From an uncultured Dialister sp. (GTDB lineage: Bacteria > Bacillota > Negativicutes > Veillonellales > Dialisteraceae): a DNA stretch of 64,000 nucleotides. Location of the stretch: the NCBI RefSeq assembly GCF_900314595.1, contig NZ_OMVW01000002.1; one strand, given 5' to 3'. The translations under genes were made by a program, and so were the position numbers. Below, one piece after another: positions 46,216 to 55,848 of the stretch. The notes below the pieces were generated by a model. The model was not told the origin of the DNA. It ran no database searches and saw only the letters and a list, made by a program, of their open reading frames with translations. Each line of letters begins with the position of its first letter. The first letter of the stretch is position 1.

Positions 46216-47340
46216 ATGACAGAACGTTCTGTTTTAATTGATAAGTGGCTGATTGAACTGAAAAAGAAATCCAGGAATGGCGTTGTATCTAATAAGGATA
46301 TTATGGATCTTATTGAAAAAAAGGATCTTACGGAAGATGATTTGTCATCTCTTTATGAAGCGCTTCATACGGATAATTATGAAGTGAATTTTGATGCTGA
46401 TGTCTCCGATGAAGATCTGGAACAAATAGAGGAAGAATTTGAAATAGAGGAAGCTAAGGAAGGCGTTCTCAATGATGAGTCTTCAGTAACTATTGATGAT
46501 CCGGTTAAAATGTATCTAAAAGAAATTGGTGCGATGAAGCTTCTGGATAGCGAAGAAGAAATCAGGCTGGCCAAACTTGTAGAAAAAGGTGCCCGGAGTG
46601 ATGCCTCTTTAGAAGATAAGGCGGCGGCAAATGCGGCGAAAAAAGAGTTAGCTGATAGAAATTTGAGGCTTGTCGTATCTATCGCAAAAAAATATCTGGG
46701 CAGAGGCATGCAATTTCTTGATTTAATTCAGGAAGGAAATCTGGGACTTTTAAAAGCCGTGGATAAATTTGATTACACAAAAGGTTATAAATTTTCTACT
46801 TATGCCACATGGTGGATCAGACAGGCAATTACGAGGGCTATTGCCGATCAGGCTCGTGTTATAAGAGTTCCTGTACATATGGTTGAAACTATCAATAAAC
46901 TGAACCGTATAGCCCGTCAGTTGCTTCAGGAAAAAGGAAGGGAAGCGACGAATGAAGAGCTTGCAAGGGCTATGGGAGTAACAGCAGCCAAAATAAGAGA
47001 AATTAAGAAAATTGCACAAGACCCAATTTCTCTTGAAACACCTATTGGCGAAAAAGAGGATTCTCATCTGGGGGATTTTATTGAGGATCATGAATCAGTT
47101 TCACCTGATGATGCAGCCGGTTCAATTCTTCTTAAGGAACAGATAGAAGGATTATTGCAAGGATTAACAGAACGGGAAAGACAGGTTCTTGAACTTCGCT
47201 TTGGCCTTGTCGATGGAAGAACAAGAACCCTGGAAGAAGTTGGAAGGTACTTTGACGTAACAAGAGAAAGAATTCGTCAAATTGAAGGAAAGGCCTTATC
47301 CAAGTTGAAGAAGTCAGCAAGAAATTTGATTAATCAGTGA
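46216..47340 (+). CDS. rpoD: Primary RNA polymerase sigma factor
   Basis: An acidic region 1, region 2 ([43 protein letters not shown]), region 3 and region 4 ([20 protein letters not shown]) are present. Confidence 0.95.
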   Translation: MTERSVLIDKWLIELKKKSRNGVVSNKDIMDLIEKKDLTEDDLSSLYEALHTDNYEVNFDADVSDEDLEQIEEEFEIEEAKEGVLNDESSVTIDDPVKMYLKEIGAMKLLDSEEEIRLAKLVEKGARSDASLEDKAAANAAKKELADRNLRLVVSIAKKYLGRGMQFLDLIQEGNLGLLKAVDKFDYTKGYKFSTYATWWIRQAITRAIADQARVIRVPVHMVETINKLNRIARQLLQEKGREATNEELARAMGVTAAKIREIKKIAQDPISLETPIGEKEDSHLGDFIEDHESVSPDDAAGSILLKEQIEGLLQGLTERERQVLELRFGLVDGRTRTLEEVGRYFDVTRERIRQIEGKALSKLKKSARNLINQ

Positions 47341-47434
47341 ATTTGCATAGATATTTTATTTTCATTTGACAAAAGAAATTCTAAACTGTACTGATTTAAT
47401 TATCCTTGTTCACTTGAGTATCAGACTGCTTAAC

Positions 47435-47463
47435 TTGACGCATATCCAATTAGCTGATAAAAT
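47435..47463 (+). promoter_or_regulatory. Candidate promoter for the tRNA gene (TTGACG-17 nt-TAAAAT)
   Basis: TTGACG at 47435-47440 and TAAAAT at 47458-47463, about 20 nt upstream of the tRNA 5' end. Confidence 0.45.
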
Positions 47464-47482
47464 AACATAAGTTGGTGAATGC

Positions 47483-47559
47483 GGGCCCATAGCTCAGTTG
47501 GTCAGAGCCGACGGCTCATAACCGTCTGGTCCCAGGTTCGAGCCCTGGTGGGCCCACCA
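47483..47559 (+). tRNA. tRNA with anticodon CAU, more likely tRNA-Ile2 (lysidine) than elongator tRNA-Met; encoded CCA
   Basis: The cloverleaf can be drawn by hand: acceptor GGGCCCA/TGGGCCC, D-arm GCTC..GAGC, anticodon arm GACGG-CTCATAA-CCGTC and T-arm CCAGG-TTCGAGC-CCTGG. The C4-G69 and C5-G68 pairs and the variable loop TGGTC resemble ileX-type tRNAs. There is no initiator-type C1-A72 mismatch. Confidence 0.88.
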
Positions 47560-47572
47560 ATTTTAAATTTTC

Positions 47573-47599
47573 AAAGCTGAGCATATGCTCAGCTTTTTT
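47573..47599 (+). terminator. Intrinsic terminator after the tRNA
   Basis: A perfect stem AAGCTGAGCA / TGCTCAGCTT is followed by TTTTT. Confidence 0.8.
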
Positions 47600-47646
47600 G
47601 TTTTGACTGTTATATTATTTATTGATAAAACTCTTTACGAGGAAAT

Positions 47647-48336
47647 ATGAAACTGACACCCCGTTTAATGAAGATTGCAGAAATGGTTCCTCTTTCAGAT
47701 TCCATGGCCGATATTGGCACTGATCATGCCTATTTGCCCATTTTTCTGCTGGAACAGGAAAAAATAAGAAGAGCAGTGGCATGTGATATCCACAAGGGCC
47801 CTCTTCTTCGGGCTGCTTCCAATATAGCGGACCGAGGAATGAACGGCCTTATCACGTTGCGTCTGGGCAGCGGATTTGAAACGCTGAGATCGGGTGAAGT
47901 GAATGGGGCTGTTATTGCGGGAATGGGCGGTCTGATGATGATTGATATCTTAAAAAAATCGCCTGTCGTATCTTCGTCCTTTCAATGGATGATTCTTCAA
48001 CCGCAGAATCATGTGGCGGAATTGAAAAAATATATTTGTGAGCATTATTTCCAAATCGTTAAGGAATGTCTTGTGGAGGAAGCGAATCAGCTATATGAAA
48101 TTATGAAAATCGTTCCGGGGAAATCGTCTATGATTACTCTTTTTGAGGCTGAAATTGGGGTTACAAATGATTATAGACGAGACCCTTTATTTGCAAAACA
48201 TATAGGAAAACTGATAAAGAAAAGGGATTTTCTTATAAATGGCATAGCTTCGGATACTGATAATGATATTAATCGGAGGAAAAGAGAGAAAGCTATGAAT
48301 GAAAAAAAGGAACTGGAGGAATTGATATGGCAGTAA
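47647..48336 (+). CDS. trmK: tRNA (adenine22-N1)-methyltransferase
   Basis: MADIGTDHAYLPIFL and AGMGG resemble B. subtilis YqfN/TrmK. The gene sits in the conserved position downstream of sigA. Confidence 0.87.
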   Translation: MKLTPRLMKIAEMVPLSDSMADIGTDHAYLPIFLLEQEKIRRAVACDIHKGPLLRAASNIADRGMNGLITLRLGSGFETLRSGEVNGAVIAGMGGLMMIDILKKSPVVSSSFQWMILQPQNHVAELKKYICEHYFQIVKECLVEEANQLYEIMKIVPGKSSMITLFEAEIGVTNDYRRDPLFAKHIGKLIKKRDFLINGIASDTDNDINRRKREKAMNEKKELEELIWQ

Positions 48337-49373
48337 AAGCTGGTGATCTGATTTCGCTCATGAATGAACTTGCTCCACAGGAACTGGCTGAGAAATGGGA
48401 TCATCCCGGTTTACAGATAGGGAATCCGGAATTGTCGGTGAATAAGGTGCTTATCTCGCTTGATTTAACAGAATCGAATGTTGATTATGCGATTCAGCAT
48501 GGAATTTCTATGATAATTTCCCATCATCCGTTTCTTTTTCATCCCATTCAACAGCTTGATTTAAGAACTGCCAAAGGCCGTATTATAGAAAAGCTGATAA
48601 AGAATGATATCCTTTCTTTTGCTGCGCATACGAATCTTGATACCGTTTCCGGAGGGGTTAATGATGCATTGGCAGCAGCCCTGAATTTATCAGATTTAGA
48701 AGGCCTCGTTCCGGGGAAAAAATATAAATCATTCAAGATTGCCGCTTATACCAGCGCTGTGAAGGCAAGGCAGTTCCGCCGTGAGCTGCAGGTTAAATAT
48801 CCCGATGATTCAGGATATTTCTATCTTCTGGATGATGATGATGACCTGACAACTGAGGAAAAAATGGAATTTAATGTTTCCGAAAAAGCACTGGCTTCCG
48901 TCATTTCTGATATGGGAAGAATATGCGGCACTCTTCATTATGATATATATCCGCTTGAAAATAACGGAAGGCAAGAATTTATGGGGAGGATAGGCATTCT
49001 GCCATCACCATTGTCTGGTCGGAAAGCTTTGGAATATGTCAAGCAAAAGCTCGGAATACCGGTATTACGATTTTGCGGTAATACGGAAATTACTGTTAAA
49101 AAAGTGGCCGTCCTTGGAGGTGCAGGTAGTGAGTTTGCAGAACTTGCAAAAATGAGGGGTGCAGATTTATATGTGACCGGAGATCTTAAATATCATGAGG
49201 CCCAGGATGCAGCTTCACATGGACTCCTTGTGGCAGATGCCGGACATTTCTACACAGAGCGTGTCATTATCTCCCGTCTTGCAGAAGAACTTGGGAGGAA
49301 AACTAAAGCAAGGGGATGGGATATTTCTATTATTAAGGATCCCTGTGCTGCTGATATTTTTGATCAGTTGTAG
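48327..49373 (+). CDS. Nif3-family dinuclear metal centre protein (YqfO-like, with inserted domain)
   Basis: HHPFLF and the C-terminal GDLKYHEAQDA...DAGHFYTE motifs are present. A central insertion matches the YqfO arrangement. Confidence 0.87.
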   Translation: MAVKAGDLISLMNELAPQELAEKWDHPGLQIGNPELSVNKVLISLDLTESNVDYAIQHGISMIISHHPFLFHPIQQLDLRTAKGRIIEKLIKNDILSFAAHTNLDTVSGGVNDALAAALNLSDLEGLVPGKKYKSFKIAAYTSAVKARQFRRELQVKYPDDSGYFYLLDDDDDLTTEEKMEFNVSEKALASVISDMGRICGTLHYDIYPLENNGRQEFMGRIGILPSPLSGRKALEYVKQKLGIPVLRFCGNTEITVKKVAVLGGAGSEFAELAKMRGADLYVTGDLKYHEAQDAASHGLLVADAGHFYTERVIISRLAEELGRKTKARGWDISIIKDPCAADIFDQL

Positions 49374-49452
49374 GCGGCAATGGCATTTATTCAATGTGCG
49401 TGAATTTAAAAATGTGTTGAATTTTGGCTTATACAGTGTTATACTCTAACAC

Positions 49453-49796
49453 GCGAGCAGGAAAGATGATTGCGGGCCGTAAGGCGTGAGGAAAGTCCGA
49501 GCTTCGCAGGGCAGGATGCCGGATAACGTCCGGCGGGGGTGACCCCAGGGAAAGTGCCATAGAAAAGGAAACCGCCACACTAGTGGTAAGGGTGGAAAGG
49601 TGCGGTAAGAGCGCACCAGCAGTCGGGAGACCGGCTGGCTTGGTAAACCCCATCTGAAGCAAGACCGAATAGGGAAGGGTTGAGGCTGCCCGCTGACCTT
49701 CCGGGTTGCGTCGCTTGAACAGTTAAGCAATTAGCTGTCTAGACAGATAATCATCACCGCTTTGGCGGTACAGAACTCGGCTTATTGAATGCTCGT
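49453..49796 (+). ncRNA. rnpB: RNase P RNA, bacterial type A
   Basis: Universally conserved blocks are present: GAGGAAAGTCCG, GGTAAGGGTGGAAAGGTGCGGTAAGAGCGCACC, AGCAAGACCGAATAGGG and ACAGAACTCGGCTTA. P1 pairing is CGAGCA (49453-49458) with TGCTCG (49790-49795). Confidence 0.9.
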
Positions 49797-49806
49797 TCCA
49801 AAAAAA

Positions 49807-49843
49807 GGAAGCAGGAACCCTGGTGGATTCTGCTTCCTTTTTT
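49807..49843. terminator. Bidirectional intrinsic terminator (rnpB on plus, tmcAL on minus)
   Basis: Stem GGAAGCAG / CTGCTTCC is flanked by AAAAAA and TTTTTT. Confidence 0.75.
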
Positions 49844-49882
49844 GGTTTATATTATCCTGCTTTTTTTAAGACAGATTGAATT

Positions 49883-51061
49883 TCAGGATACAATAACAGG
49901 AGAGTGGTAAAAATCTTCCTTTCCTTGACGATATTTTTCCGAATGAGCGAAACAGGACCTTATATTGCTGGCGGAAATATCCATTTCTAATTGTTTGGCA
50001 ACAGGTGACGGCAGATTTTTTAATGCACGGGCCGCGCTGGTAATTACAGGTATACCGGTCTTTTTTATCCGTCTCAACATCGGGCTATTTTCCTGCTTCA
50101 GGGCAAGAAGTCTGGCGTAAAGAGGATAATTTCCGGCAACAAAGGAAGAAGGGAATTCATTAGTTAGTAAAAGACAGGCACCGATTCGTTTCAGCCGGCT
50201 GTAAAGGTAACGTTTGCTTTTGATAGAATCGAGCATCTCTAAATAATTATTTCGTTCTGATTCCCGAAACCATTTATTTTCCAATCCTTCCTTAAATAAT
50301 CCGGAAGCAGACAATTCTTCGAGAGAATACAGTCTTGATAAAAGATGGCATGCATCTTGGTATCGTATATAATCCGTATAATTTCCTTCCTTCAGAAGAT
50401 TTATAACCTCATCGGCTTCCCTGTCAGGGAGTCCGGAGACATCCTGATTCTGTAATATATTTTTACGGATAAGGGAAGCGGATATGTTATGCTCTATATC
50501 TCTATGACAGACAATGATTTTCATATCGAGACCATAAGATTGTATTGTTTCCAGATAACGGTAACCCAAAAGATTGTTGGGTTTTGTTAATTCTTTCGAA
50601 AGAGGAACCGAATGTGAAGCCATGGAAATGGATGATGCCTGTGCATAGGAATGACCTGCTTTCAGGCTCGTTTTGAAACAGGCGTGGTATTCTGCAGTTT
50701 GAGAAAACGATACTGCCTCCTCTAATTGTTTTTGCCCCAGAGATTCTGTGGAAAATGCGATGGCATTGCACCCCATAGAGGCCAGCAATTTTGTACCTGC
50801 TTCTGCAAAACGGTCAGCACTTTGCAGGACTGATAATACAGGCAGCTCAAATACTGCATCCACCCCATGCCTGCATGCCCAGACTGCACGGCTCCATTTG
50901 TCAAAAAGGGCAGGCTCTCCCCGCTGTACGAAAGAACCGCTCATAACTGCGACTATTGATGAGTGAGGGTAGTTCATTCTTATTTCACGGATCATTTTTT
51001 CATGACCTTTGTGAAAAGGGTTCCATTCTGCCACAATGCCGATCATAGCTGGTTCTGTCAT
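49883..51061 (-). CDS. tmcAL: tRNA(Met) cytidine acetate ligase (YlbM/UPF0348 nucleotidyltransferase family)
   Basis: IGIVAEWNPFHKGHEKMIREIR is the HIGH-like nucleotidyltransferase start typical of YlbM/TmcAL. The ~390-aa length also fits. Confidence 0.82.
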   Translation of the reverse strand: MTEPAMIGIVAEWNPFHKGHEKMIREIRMNYPHSSIVAVMSGSFVQRGEPALFDKWSRAVWACRHGVDAVFELPVLSVLQSADRFAEAGTKLLASMGCNAIAFSTESLGQKQLEEAVSFSQTAEYHACFKTSLKAGHSYAQASSISMASHSVPLSKELTKPNNLLGYRYLETIQSYGLDMKIIVCHRDIEHNISASLIRKNILQNQDVSGLPDREADEVINLLKEGNYTDYIRYQDACHLLSRLYSLEELSASGLFKEGLENKWFRESERNNYLEMLDSIKSKRYLYSRLKRIGACLLLTNEFPSSFVAGNYPLYARLLALKQENSPMLRRIKKTGIPVITSAARALKNLPSPVAKQLEMDISASNIRSCFAHSEKYRQGKEDFYHSPVIVS

Positions 51062-51344
51062 TCGATGTTCTTCCTCCTTTGACTTCCTTTTTTATTTTAT
51101 CATAGCCAGAAAGGATTAAAACAGTTAAAGAAATCATAATGCAGCAATTATAATGAAAGAAAAAATGGAAACCATAGGGGAAATCTGAAAATCCAGTCTC
51201 TGGATTTTTATTCTCTGCAGCGGATATGTTCCCGTTGTTGTCTAATATTTGCTGTAACGTCTAAACCGTTTTGATATGTTATAATAGAAAATAACTTGAG
51301 CTTTAAGAATTTTGAATATTTAATTGATGGAAAGTGTTAAGCTA

Positions 51345-51923
51345 ATGTTTTTAAAAAAGATAAAGCCTCTTTTGTCTGCCATGTTTATATGTGGAACACT
51401 TCTGTTTTCCGGCTGCGGCACGATGAATGTCAATGATGATTTTATTTTTGGTAAAAATCGGATACACTGTGCCGGGGAAACCATAACCATTGTTACCCCG
51501 TTTGAACTGGTTTCTGAAGGCAAACAGGTCGATCTTGGTGATCGGAATACCACTCGTGTCAATGCAGAGGGGCATAATAATAATCTGCAGATTCTGGTTA
51601 CTGGTAATGCAATATCAGAAACTTATAATGTGGAAAAGCTCTCAAATGAGGCTGTGAATGTTCTGAAAAATAATCCATCTCTTTCAGAGCTGAACACCAG
51701 GGTGGATTCGGTTCCCGTTGGAAACACTACGGGAAAACTCCTTACATTCACGTTTACTGAATCCGGAAAGGGTCATAAGACCGCTCTAACCGTTAAAGAA
51801 TATATTTTTAGCGGGAAGAATACGGTGTGGCGTGTGATATATCAATACCGGACTGGTGATGAACTGGGAAAAGGACTGGCTGAACGTGTCACAGGCAGGA
51901 TTTCATCGGGCAGTGAATTTTAA
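51345..51923 (+). CDS. Hypothetical lipoprotein
   Basis: A lipobox is present (LLFSGCG). An extended -10 (TGTTATAAT) lies about 60 nt upstream. No other motif is recognisable. Confidence 0.55.
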   Translation: MFLKKIKPLLSAMFICGTLLFSGCGTMNVNDDFIFGKNRIHCAGETITIVTPFELVSEGKQVDLGDRNTTRVNAEGHNNNLQILVTGNAISETYNVEKLSNEAVNVLKNNPSLSELNTRVDSVPVGNTTGKLLTFTFTESGKGHKTALTVKEYIFSGKNTVWRVIYQYRTGDELGKGLAERVTGRISSGSEF

Positions 51924-51969
51924 AAAATGATTTCTTCTTTTCTTGCTATTTGGACAACAGGAGAATTTT

Positions 51970-52233
51970 ATGCACTTTTCTAAGGGCTTGCTTTCGTTAT
52001 TCCTCTTTCTGGCGGCCGGTGCGCTGATTGGCGGCATTGTAAGTCAGTTGATTCAGGGCGCTGATTTTGTTGGCCTTATGCCTTATTTGACCAGGACATA
52101 TGAGATTTTTGATATCAAGGATATTTTTTTAAATCTTGGAATCATGCAGATTCATTTCGGTATCCGGTTTGCACCAAATTTAATCAGTATCATAGGTATT
52201 CTGATCGCTGCCTGGCTTTACAGGAAATTCTGA
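51970..52233 (+). CDS. Small two-TM membrane protein (DUF4321-like)
   Basis: An 87-aa protein with two hydrophobic helices and a CAGGAG RBS. The family assignment rests on size, topology and context only. Confidence 0.4.
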   Translation: MHFSKGLLSLFLFLAAGALIGGIVSQLIQGADFVGLMPYLTRTYEIFDIKDIFLNLGIMQIHFGIRFAPNLISIIGILIAAWLYRKF

Positions 52234-52401
52234 CAGTATTTTTTATCGATTACTATCTGCCTGGTCATATGGTTTCCATTCTGCCTGAAATCTCTTATTG
52301 GAACAGTTTGTCAAGATTCTGATGAACCCATTCATTGGTTTCTGATTGCTCACGGATTCTTCGCTTTCGATTGTTTGATTTCTAACCGGGGTGATAAGAT
52401 T

Positions 52402-53085
52402 ATGCTGATACGAGAAATGCGGACTGAAGATAAGCCAAGAGAAAGGTTTGCCCAATCCCCCTCGCTGGCAAGCAATACAGATCTCGTTGCGATTCTGCTC
52501 AGGACTGGCAGGCAGGGACATTCTGTCATGGAGATTGCCAAGGAAGTTGTGGATATGCTTGAAACAACTTCCGGGATTAACGGCTATGAGGATTTGAACT
52601 GGCGTGATTTGACTGATATTAAAGGTATTGGTCCGGACAAGGCCATTACCATATGTGCTGCCGTCGAACTGGGCCGCCGCCTTTCCTTCCTTTTTGACAG
52701 GCGAAAGCTAATCAGCTTTAATACTCCGGACAAAGTTGCTGATTTTTTTATGGAAAAACTTCGCCATGAAAATCAGGAACATTTCCTGGTTTCATACGTC
52801 AATGTAAAAAACCGGCTTCTTGGATTTCAGGAAATAACAAAAGGTAATCTGAATGCGGCTCCTGTGGACATTAAAGAGGCTATGAAATGGGGAATCCGCT
52901 ATAAGGCTTATGGTCTTATTCTGGTTCATAATCATCCTTCCGGATATCCGGAACCATCGAAGGAAGACATTTCTGTAACAAAGGCTTTTGCGGAAGCCTC
53001 CAAACTTCTTGATATGCAGGTACTGGACCATATCATTATTGGAGATGGCACTTTCGTCAGCCTTCACGAACGGGGATGCTTGTAG
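52402..53085 (+). CDS. radC: RadC-family JAMM/MPN+ domain protein
   Basis: The N-terminus reads EDKPRERF...LVAILLRTG, followed by a helix-hairpin-helix (IKGIGPDKA). The C-terminal JAMM motif is ILVHNHPSGYPEPSKED. Confidence 0.88.
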   Translation: MLIREMRTEDKPRERFAQSPSLASNTDLVAILLRTGRQGHSVMEIAKEVVDMLETTSGINGYEDLNWRDLTDIKGIGPDKAITICAAVELGRRLSFLFDRRKLISFNTPDKVADFFMEKLRHENQEHFLVSYVNVKNRLLGFQEITKGNLNAAPVDIKEAMKWGIRYKAYGLILVHNHPSGYPEPSKEDISVTKAFAEASKLLDMQVLDHIIIGDGTFVSLHERGCL

Positions 53086-53197
53086 AAATATTCAACTTGC
53101 ATACTTGATGATTATTTTGTAATATTTTCTGCATACAGTTAACTAAGATGTTATAATAGGTAAGGTTAAAATTCTTTGTAAAGGATAGGTGCTTTTT

Positions 53198-53539
53198 ATG
53201 GAAGAAATGGAAAAAGGAAAAAGATATTCTGCTGAATCTAAAGGCTATAATGATAAAATCTATGAAATCCGGTTCATTCCGGTTATGGAACGCCCTGAGT
53301 ACCAGGAAGGCCCTACAAGAGAAGCTTTGGAAAGATTGAAAAAAGAGATGTCTGATAAGGACTTTGAAAAATATATCAATAACAGTCTTGCTCGTGTTAC
53401 CTATGATGGAAGCCGTCTACTGCTGATTACGACTTCTGAAATATACCGGACCATGCTCTATGGACCTTTCTTTAATGTAATCTGCAAAGCATTCAACGTA
53501 GGTAATTTCCGCGTTGTGAGCCAGGTTAATGGATATTGA
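53198..53539 (+). CDS. Hypothetical protein, C-terminal half resembles DnaA domain I
   Basis: FEKYINNSLARVTYDGSRLLLITTSEIYRTMLYGPFFNVICKAFNVGNFRVV follows the DnaA N-terminal domain pattern (F..wi..l......l.l.vp..f....i...y...i..a......v.v). Pattern match by eye only. Confidence 0.35.
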   Translation: MEEMEKGKRYSAESKGYNDKIYEIRFIPVMERPEYQEGPTREALERLKKEMSDKDFEKYINNSLARVTYDGSRLLLITTSEIYRTMLYGPFFNVICKAFNVGNFRVVSQVNGY

Positions 53540-53572
53540 TGAATAGGCGGTATGATTTCTCTTATTTCTATA

Positions 53573-53607
53573 CTGTGGATGATGTTTTCATTCACAGTTT
53601 TCTTTTT
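53573..53607 (+). terminator. Intrinsic terminator after the 113-aa ORF
   Basis: Stem CTGTGGATGA / TCATTCACAG with one G-U pair, followed by TTTTCTTTTT. Confidence 0.6.
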
Positions 53608-53751
53608 GCATTTTAAATACTTCACAAATAATATCCGGCATATAAATTGTTTTGGATATAGTAGAAAAGTCATGGTACAATAATACATATTAAAAATACG
53701 CTTTGCATGTTTATTATCAAATCATGGATGAAAGCGGACAGGAGGAGATTT

Positions 53752-54462
53752 ATGAAAAAGGGAAAATTATATGGAATCGGTGTAGGGCCGGGGGATTCAA
53801 AGCTTCTGACTGTAAAGGCGGTAGAGACGATTCAGAATGCGGATATAATCATTACGCCAAAGACAGAAAAGAAAGAAGGATCGGTTGCATTTAATATCGC
53901 CAAACCGTATATTTCTGTAAAAACAGCTATCCTTCCTATGGTATTTCAGATGAATACGGATATGGATGCTGTTGAAAAACAGTGGAAAGAGAACAGGAAA
54001 ATAATAGCAGAAAAGCTGGACGAAGGGAAAAATCTGGTATTTCTGACTCTTGGAGATCCTATGCTTTACAGTACATATATGTACATTTTTAATGAGTTTA
54101 AGGATTCTGACGAATACGAAGTTGAGACGATTCCAGGCATTCCTGCATTTCTTGGAATTGCATCATATATAGGGCTTCCTGTTACGGAATGGGAGGAAAA
54201 CGTACTCATTATCCCTGCTACAGCAGATCCTGAAAAATTTGATAAAGCCCTTGCTGCATCTGATAATGCTGTCATTATGAAAGTATATAAGAGTTTTGCT
54301 TTCGTTCAGGAAGAACTTAGAAAGCATCATATGATCAAGAAGGCGGTTATGGTTTCCCGGGCAGGACTTCCGGATGAAATTATTCAGAGAGATATTGATA
54401 GCCTTCCGGCAGATTACAAACCGAATTATTTGAGTACGATTATCGCAAAGAGAGATGACTGA
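53752..54462 (+). CDS. cbiL: Precorrin-2/cobalt-factor-2 C20-methyltransferase
   Basis: KLYGIGVGPGDSKLLTVKA and LTLGDPMLYST match the CbiL/CobI tetrapyrrole methylase pattern. A CAGGAGGAG RBS precedes the ATG. Confidence 0.85.
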   Translation: MKKGKLYGIGVGPGDSKLLTVKAVETIQNADIIITPKTEKKEGSVAFNIAKPYISVKTAILPMVFQMNTDMDAVEKQWKENRKIIAEKLDEGKNLVFLTLGDPMLYSTYMYIFNEFKDSDEYEVETIPGIPAFLGIASYIGLPVTEWEENVLIIPATADPEKFDKALAASDNAVIMKVYKSFAFVQEELRKHHMIKKAVMVSRAGLPDEIIQRDIDSLPADYKPNYLSTIIAKRDD

Positions 54463-54464
54463 AT

Positions 54465-55847
54465 ATGCGTAATCTCGAACGTCCCCGTATTGTTATTGCC
54501 GGAACTAACAGCGGTGTTGGTAAAACTACGATTGTAACGGGTCTCCTTGCTTATTTTCATTCCATTGGATTTGCTGTACAGCCTTTTAAAGTGGGCCCGG
54601 ATTATATCGATCCTGGTTTTCATGGCCTTGCCGCAGGAAGAAATTCCTATAACCTTGATACCTGGATGAGCCCTGAGGATCATCTGCTCTCAAATTTTGC
54701 TTATCTTTCGGAAGGCGTAGATATTTCCATTGTGGAAGGTGTTATGGGGTTGTACGATGGCGGTGCAAATGGAATCAGCTCTACTGCAGATATTGCAAAG
54801 CGCCTGAAAGCCCCCGTCATTCTTGTACTGGATTGTAAATCTGTAGGTTACAGTATAGCCGCTACTGCTTTAGGTTTTCGTAAATATGATCCTGATGTTA
54901 ACATTGCCGGGGTTATTTTAAATCGTCTTGGCTCGGATCGGCATGAGGCCATGGTTCGGGAGGTTATGGATAAAATTCATATGCCTGTCCTTGGTGCTTT
55001 TCACAGGGATGAGGGGCTTAAGACTCCTGAACGTCATCTTGGCCTTACACCGGTAACGGAGATTGAAACATCCAACCTTATTCATCATATGGGAGAGGAT
55101 GCAGGTAAATGGGTGGATACGGATAAGCTGATACAGATAGCCAGAAGCGCCCCATCTATTTCCGTGGCTGATGAGAAAAAAGAGAATATAAAGAAATACG
55201 TAAAAATTGGTGTTGCAAAGGATGCAGCATTCAGTTTTTATTACCCGGCCAGTCTACATGCTTTAGAAATACTGGGTGCAGAACTGATAGATTTCAGTCC
55301 TGTCAAAGATTCAGCTATTCCCGATGTAGATGGTCTGGTATTTGGCGGTGGGTTTCCTGAGATGTTTCTCAATGAACTTGAGGGAAATGATTCCATGAAG
55401 AATTCTATTCGCAAAGCAGCTGCTGATGGTATGCCGGTCTATGCGGAGTGCGGGGGGCTCATGTATCTCTGTGATAAAATTCAGGGATTTGATGGACATC
55501 AATATGAGATGGCGGGACTTGTTCCAGGAATCTGCGAGATGCAGAAAACGCTTCAACGAGTGGGGTATGTAACCGGAAGAGCACTTCGGGACAGTATCAT
55601 TGCAGATCAGGGAGATATTCTAAAAGGACACGAATTTCATTTTTCTCTTTTGCGCTGTCATGAGGATTTTCCGTGGGCCTATGATTTGCAGGGAACTCGC
55701 CAGTCTCTTCCCCATCAGGAGGGATTTGCTGAGAAGAATGTCCTGGCCAGCTATCTCCATCTTTCTTTTGAGGGAAATCCGAAAGCTGCGGAGAAGTTCC
55801 TTAAGTCGTGCGAGACTTATAAAAACGGGAAAGCCGGAGGAAGGTAA
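54465..55847 (+). CDS. cbiA: Cobyrinate a,c-diamide synthase
   Basis: The N-terminal P-loop is IAGTNSGVGKTT. A C-terminal glutamine amidotransferase domain carries the catalytic Cys in YAECGGLMYL. Confidence 0.92.
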   Translation: MRNLERPRIVIAGTNSGVGKTTIVTGLLAYFHSIGFAVQPFKVGPDYIDPGFHGLAAGRNSYNLDTWMSPEDHLLSNFAYLSEGVDISIVEGVMGLYDGGANGISSTADIAKRLKAPVILVLDCKSVGYSIAATALGFRKYDPDVNIAGVILNRLGSDRHEAMVREVMDKIHMPVLGAFHRDEGLKTPERHLGLTPVTEIETSNLIHHMGEDAGKWVDTDKLIQIARSAPSISVADEKKENIKKYVKIGVAKDAAFSFYYPASLHALEILGAELIDFSPVKDSAIPDVDGLVFGGGFPEMFLNELEGNDSMKNSIRKAAADGMPVYAECGGLMYLCDKIQGFDGHQYEMAGLVPGICEMQKTLQRVGYVTGRALRDSIIADQGDILKGHEFHFSLLRCHEDFPWAYDLQGTRQSLPHQEGFAEKNVLASYLHLSFEGNPKAAEKFLKSCETYKNGKAGGR

Positions 55848-55848
55848 A

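Noticed and set aside
49429-49730. Two minus-strand ORFs (77 and 94 aa) in the gap after the nif3-like gene.
   Set aside because: The region is fully explained by a plus-strand type-A RNase P RNA with all conserved blocks.
53540-53751. Possible cobalamin riboswitch upstream of cbiL.
   Set aside because: No B12-box-like core or the usual GC-rich multi-helix region is present. The only clear structure is the terminator of the upstream gene.
55660-55848. N-terminal extensions in the ORF track: cobO from 55660, M16 peptidase from 57833, dnaG from 44240, rpoD from 46165, tamB from 20177 and mraZ from 62033.
   Set aside because: The extensions overlap upstream genes or regulatory elements and lack RBSs. 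Internal ATGs with good Shine-Dalgarno sequences give N-termini that match the families.
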